Source: Raillietiella orientalis
Lineage: Eukaryota
Length of the DNA stretch: 64,000 nt
NCBI GenBank assembly: GCA_036172245.1
Contig: JAYWIR010000005.1
Location: forward strand, 3,968,001 to 4,032,000
Reading direction: 5' to 3'
How positions within the stretch are numbered: the stretch's first letter is position 1; every line of letters starts with the position of its first letter. Below are positions 60,039 to 64,000 of this stretch, in pieces. The notes beneath the pieces were generated by a model, which worked only from the letters and a program-made list of their open reading frames with translations, did not search any database and was not told where the DNA came from. The translations under genes were made by a program, and so were the position numbers.

Positions 60039-62032
60039 TATATATTCAGCATTTTGGGAATGGCGACGGGCGTAAAAATAATCGGAAATACCAAATTCCT
60101 ACTGCTTCGTATGACGTTTTATTAGTAGAACTGCTGTTGTGGTTAAACATGTGAGCGAGAAATGGTGAGATTAGGGCATAAATGTCGATGGTGCAGTATG
60201 CAAGTCTGATTTCAATGAAGGATGGAAGTTACAAAAATTCTGCGCAAGGTGCACTCGATGTATTTTTGGGGTTACCTAGGATCGTCGGCACCAACAAAAA
60301 CATTACTTAATTTAATGTGGATTCGTCGCGTTAAATGATCCCGATAAAATTGTTGGATAATTGGTGATAATTATTAAAGTTATGATCATTATGGTCTCAT
60401 ATGCTTGATATGTTTCTCATATGTTTGACGTCAGTATCGTCTCGGTTATCAGTATAGTCTCATATGTTTGATATCTTGTTATCCTTATCATCTCGTTTGT
60501 TTTCTCAACTTTTAAGCATTTTCTGCCGTCTGTCACAATTTCTCAAAAGATCTCATTTTTAGGAAGTTAATATCAAAATTATTTCCCTTATTGTCAGCAT
60601 GTAACTGGCACTTGTACTTGAAGTGCGATGTTAGGTAGCCACCGCTGTTTGATAAATATAAGCATGAAATCTATACTCAAACTCATCTCGTTTTCAGGTT
60701 ATCACCGTGTTTGTTTCCAGGTGCCTTAAGTTTATTTAGGATGCACCCTTGAAATTGAAACTAAAATTTTCCACCATTATCAGGGTTTGAAATTGATTAA
60801 ATCATATGATTTTACAAGAGCTCATGCATAAAATTATATTATATTTGATGGAATATTATACATATTGTTTAGGATAAATAAAACATTCAATTCTTTCCAA
60901 AATAAAGAATGGTTTGATTTCATTGCTTATATTATGCAAATTAGTCTTAGTAATTGTATCGTTGACAGTAAGTCCCACAAAACTGATAAGAAAAACTCAA
61001 GTGGAGTCATATGCCTTTAGAATATTGTTAGCAAGTAGCAGTCATTTAGATCACAAGCATTCATCTAGTTTGTGGCTTCAGCTCTTCAAATGTTGATACA
61101 AACTTTTTAAAAATAACAGATACAAATTGGTTGTTTTGGACATGGTATAGCTTTTTACATACATATAACTTGTATTGTTTATGTCTTTTCAACATTTGTG
61201 AACAGATTTCCTTTCATTTTCTCATTTCTCTTTACCTATTATTGTTTTTTTGTTCCAGGATAAATAATGAAAACTTTTGTAATACAAATGCAATGAAAGC
61301 AAATGCATAAAAGTCCATATATTCTAATTCTGATTTTCCAATAATTTCATGCACACATCTTTATACAGTAGCCTGGGAAGAGTAATTTAGTGCAGATAGC
61401 TATTTTTGGGTAAATTTAATATATCACCTACATGAATGCATTGTTTGTAAATAAACACCTTATAACTAAATAAAGAGCAAGCCATCATGCAATTCAATTT
61501 TAAAGTAGTAGTATCAGTATGACAGAAGAAAGTTTAATCAAAAAAGTTGGCATAATCCACTTAAAAACAATGCTAATTAAGCAAGTCAGTGGACTTGCTT
61601 AATTACTGCTGACTTAGAATTTTGACAACAATCCTGTATTTTGTAATCAAAAATTCTCAAAGACTGCATTTCAAGTCATATTCTTAAACAGTTTGTACAT
61701 AGAGCGGATGCTTCTGTAGTCATTTCCCACCCAGCTTTGAACCTCAAAGATTTACCAGTTACCTAAAAGCAAAAACTGCACAGCTTGGCACATTCGTTGT
61801 TTACAATCTATGCAATTAGTCTTAACTTTGAACATCAGAGCAGCAACACCTTTTATTCAACCATAAGAAACTGTTTCAAAGGCACAAATTGCAACAGCGC
61901 CAAACAAATTATTACAGATCTGCAGTGATTTTATTGCAGATCTTTTTTTGTATGAAATTCTGAGAATTATTATGCATTGATTCATTGCAATTATGAATGT
62001 ATAATATAATTATCTATGTAAACTTTCATCAC

Positions 62033-63067
62033 TTAATAAAGCTTGTTTTTTTTATGTGTGGGAGAGTCCATTATCACATCATGAGAAGGAGAATTGGAAC
62101 CTGTCCTTTTGATTCCATGTCGTACAAATTCATCACAAATAAATGTATTTAGCTCTGTTCTCCATTTAGCAGAATTCATCACAGGTGATGAAGGATTACT
62201 CAAGATACCAACTGCTGACATACCACTGGTTCGACCTTGGATGGGAACATTGTCATAAAACAAGAAACATGTTGTAACTTTTACCTGAAACACCCAAAGC
62301 TTCCTTGAATGTATGTAAATGTTCCTCAGAGAATGGATTTGCATGAGAATGTTTTCTTTCATGTTGTGAACAATGTTTCTCTCCTGGTAATCTTTGGCGG
62401 GATGATGCCCTAAAGATGAGACTTATTAAGCATCAGAATGCATTATAATGGAAGAAAAAGTTACTGATTTAATGACAACATACCTGTGACGAGAAGTGAT
62501 TGATTTTCCAGAAAGGAAAGAAATAAGGTCTTCCCTTAAAATGTTCCGCCTGCGCTTTTTTGCCCAAGCAACAATATCCCGATTTCGGCGTTGATATCCT
62601 GCTTGCATGCTTATATCATGTGCCTTATGCAAGTTTTCCACTGATTCTAATATATTTCTTAGTTTTTTGTCTACTGACATTGCTGTGAATTACCTTTGTA
62701 TAGAGCAGTAACATTGCCAGCAGCTGCTTGAAATGGAATCCATAATGAAATTTCCTGCCAACCAGCAGCTAAAAAATTTACTTTTCTTTACCAATTCACA
62801 ATATAACAAACCCTACTATACAAAACTTGCAAAATGATGTTTTTCCAGTAGGTTTAAAGCATATGCAAACTAATTACCTTTGTAAAGCTGTGCCACAGAT
62901 GCTGCTGAACTTTGAAACAGATTCCATAATTTTTGTTCCATTAAATCTCTTTCTGATTGTATTTGTGTCTCAAAGTGAGATGACGATTCTATTTCGTTGA
63001 TGCATTCTCGTTCCCAGCTGCTCATCCAAATATCAAGACAGTCATCATCATTCTGTTCATCAGTCAT
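62033..63067 (-). CDS. HAPSTR1: HAPSTR1 / C16orf72 (UPF0472) homolog, multi-exon
   Basis: WMSSWERECI...QKLWNLFQSSAASVAQLYK, SLWIPFQAAAGNVTALYK-ESVE...GYQRRNRDIVAWAKKRRRNILREDLISFLSGK and C-terminal ELNTFICDEFVRH...DVIMDSPTHKK. In-phase GT-AG introns include 62769-62877 and 62647-62693. Confidence 0.92.
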
Positions 63068-64000
63068 TTTTAAAAACTATGTTAAAGCTAACTATTTCGG
63101 ATGTGCAACGATACATCCATATCTTAAGAGGACGAAACTACGGTTCTAAAATATGCTATTAACTGTACCAAACACCTCACAATAGAATATAAAGTTTTTT
63201 TTTTTTCACAATCATCTAAAACAATTTCCACAAAATTTGAAGCATGCAGATACAATTATTTGTCACTAACTTATCTGTCATACTTTCATTTTATTTCATC
63301 TCTACATTAATGACGCCATCAAGAATGAGACTGAGAATTTATGCAGCCAATGCAAATTTCCGATTTACGTTTTAATGAAGTTTCCATTAAGAAAAAATCC
63401 GATCAACAAAAATAATAAAACTACTTTTATTAAGTAAATACCATTCTTAAAGGGATATTCAGTACACTACCATTACAAAAGTAAAAAATGCTTTAACCTT
63501 ATATCAGAATATATACTGCAAAGTGGTAGCAATTTACCATTAACAATGAAGCAAATATTCAATGAAACATACAAAATGCTGTGAAAAACATAGTAAGTGA
63601 TGAGAAACGGCTGGTTTTCAATGTTAATTTACGAAAACGTAATGTAATTCAAAAGAGATCATCATTCAGTATATGAACTCAAATCGATGTGAACTATTGG
63701 GGCATCCACTTGAATGCCACACTAATGGAGTCCAATGCTAACTTTCCACTCGTCAACATGATAGAATAAACTGAATCCAGAAACAATTTCAAAAACGCAT
63801 AATTATTGAGGCACAGTTAAAATACATGTACAAAACATGACCATCAAACATGCATAACGTAACTTACATCTAAGGTAAAAAAATTATGAGCTTCGCTTTT
63901 ACAAACCTATAAAAGTTACAATCTACTGAAACAACATTCATTTATTTTACTTTTTATGCATATATGATCGATAACTTCATCTTTATCATCGATACTTTAA

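Overview
This is AT-rich, intron-containing animal genomic DNA, most likely from an arthropod; it is not prokaryotic, and no CRISPR array, rRNA or tRNA was recognised. Spliced host genes that could be reconstructed: RING1/Sce PRC1 E3 ligase (+), a TMEM130-like PKD membrane protein (-), an alpha-crystallin/HSP20 domain gene (-), RABL6 (+), a BTB + C2H2 zinc-finger protein (-), mitochondrial EF-G1 GFM1 (+) and HAPSTR1/C16orf72 (-). Many introns are only 41-48 nt, including a GC-AG intron and several AAG acceptors. Transposon relics: a heavily decayed BEL/Pao LTR-retrotransposon pol (~19.0-23.3 kb), a piggyBac transposase with an internal deletion, and a Tigger/pogo transposase. The most unusual feature is a sharply bounded ~8.7 kb GC-rich island (~25.4-34.1 kb). 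It carries a phase-consistent spliced orphan gene (or genes) on the minus strand and a 215-bp, ~96% identical inverted repeat upstream of that gene. Two strongly skewed tracts may be NUMTs, and several isolated perfect 14-18 bp hairpins occur. All family assignments come from recalled motifs, not database searches.
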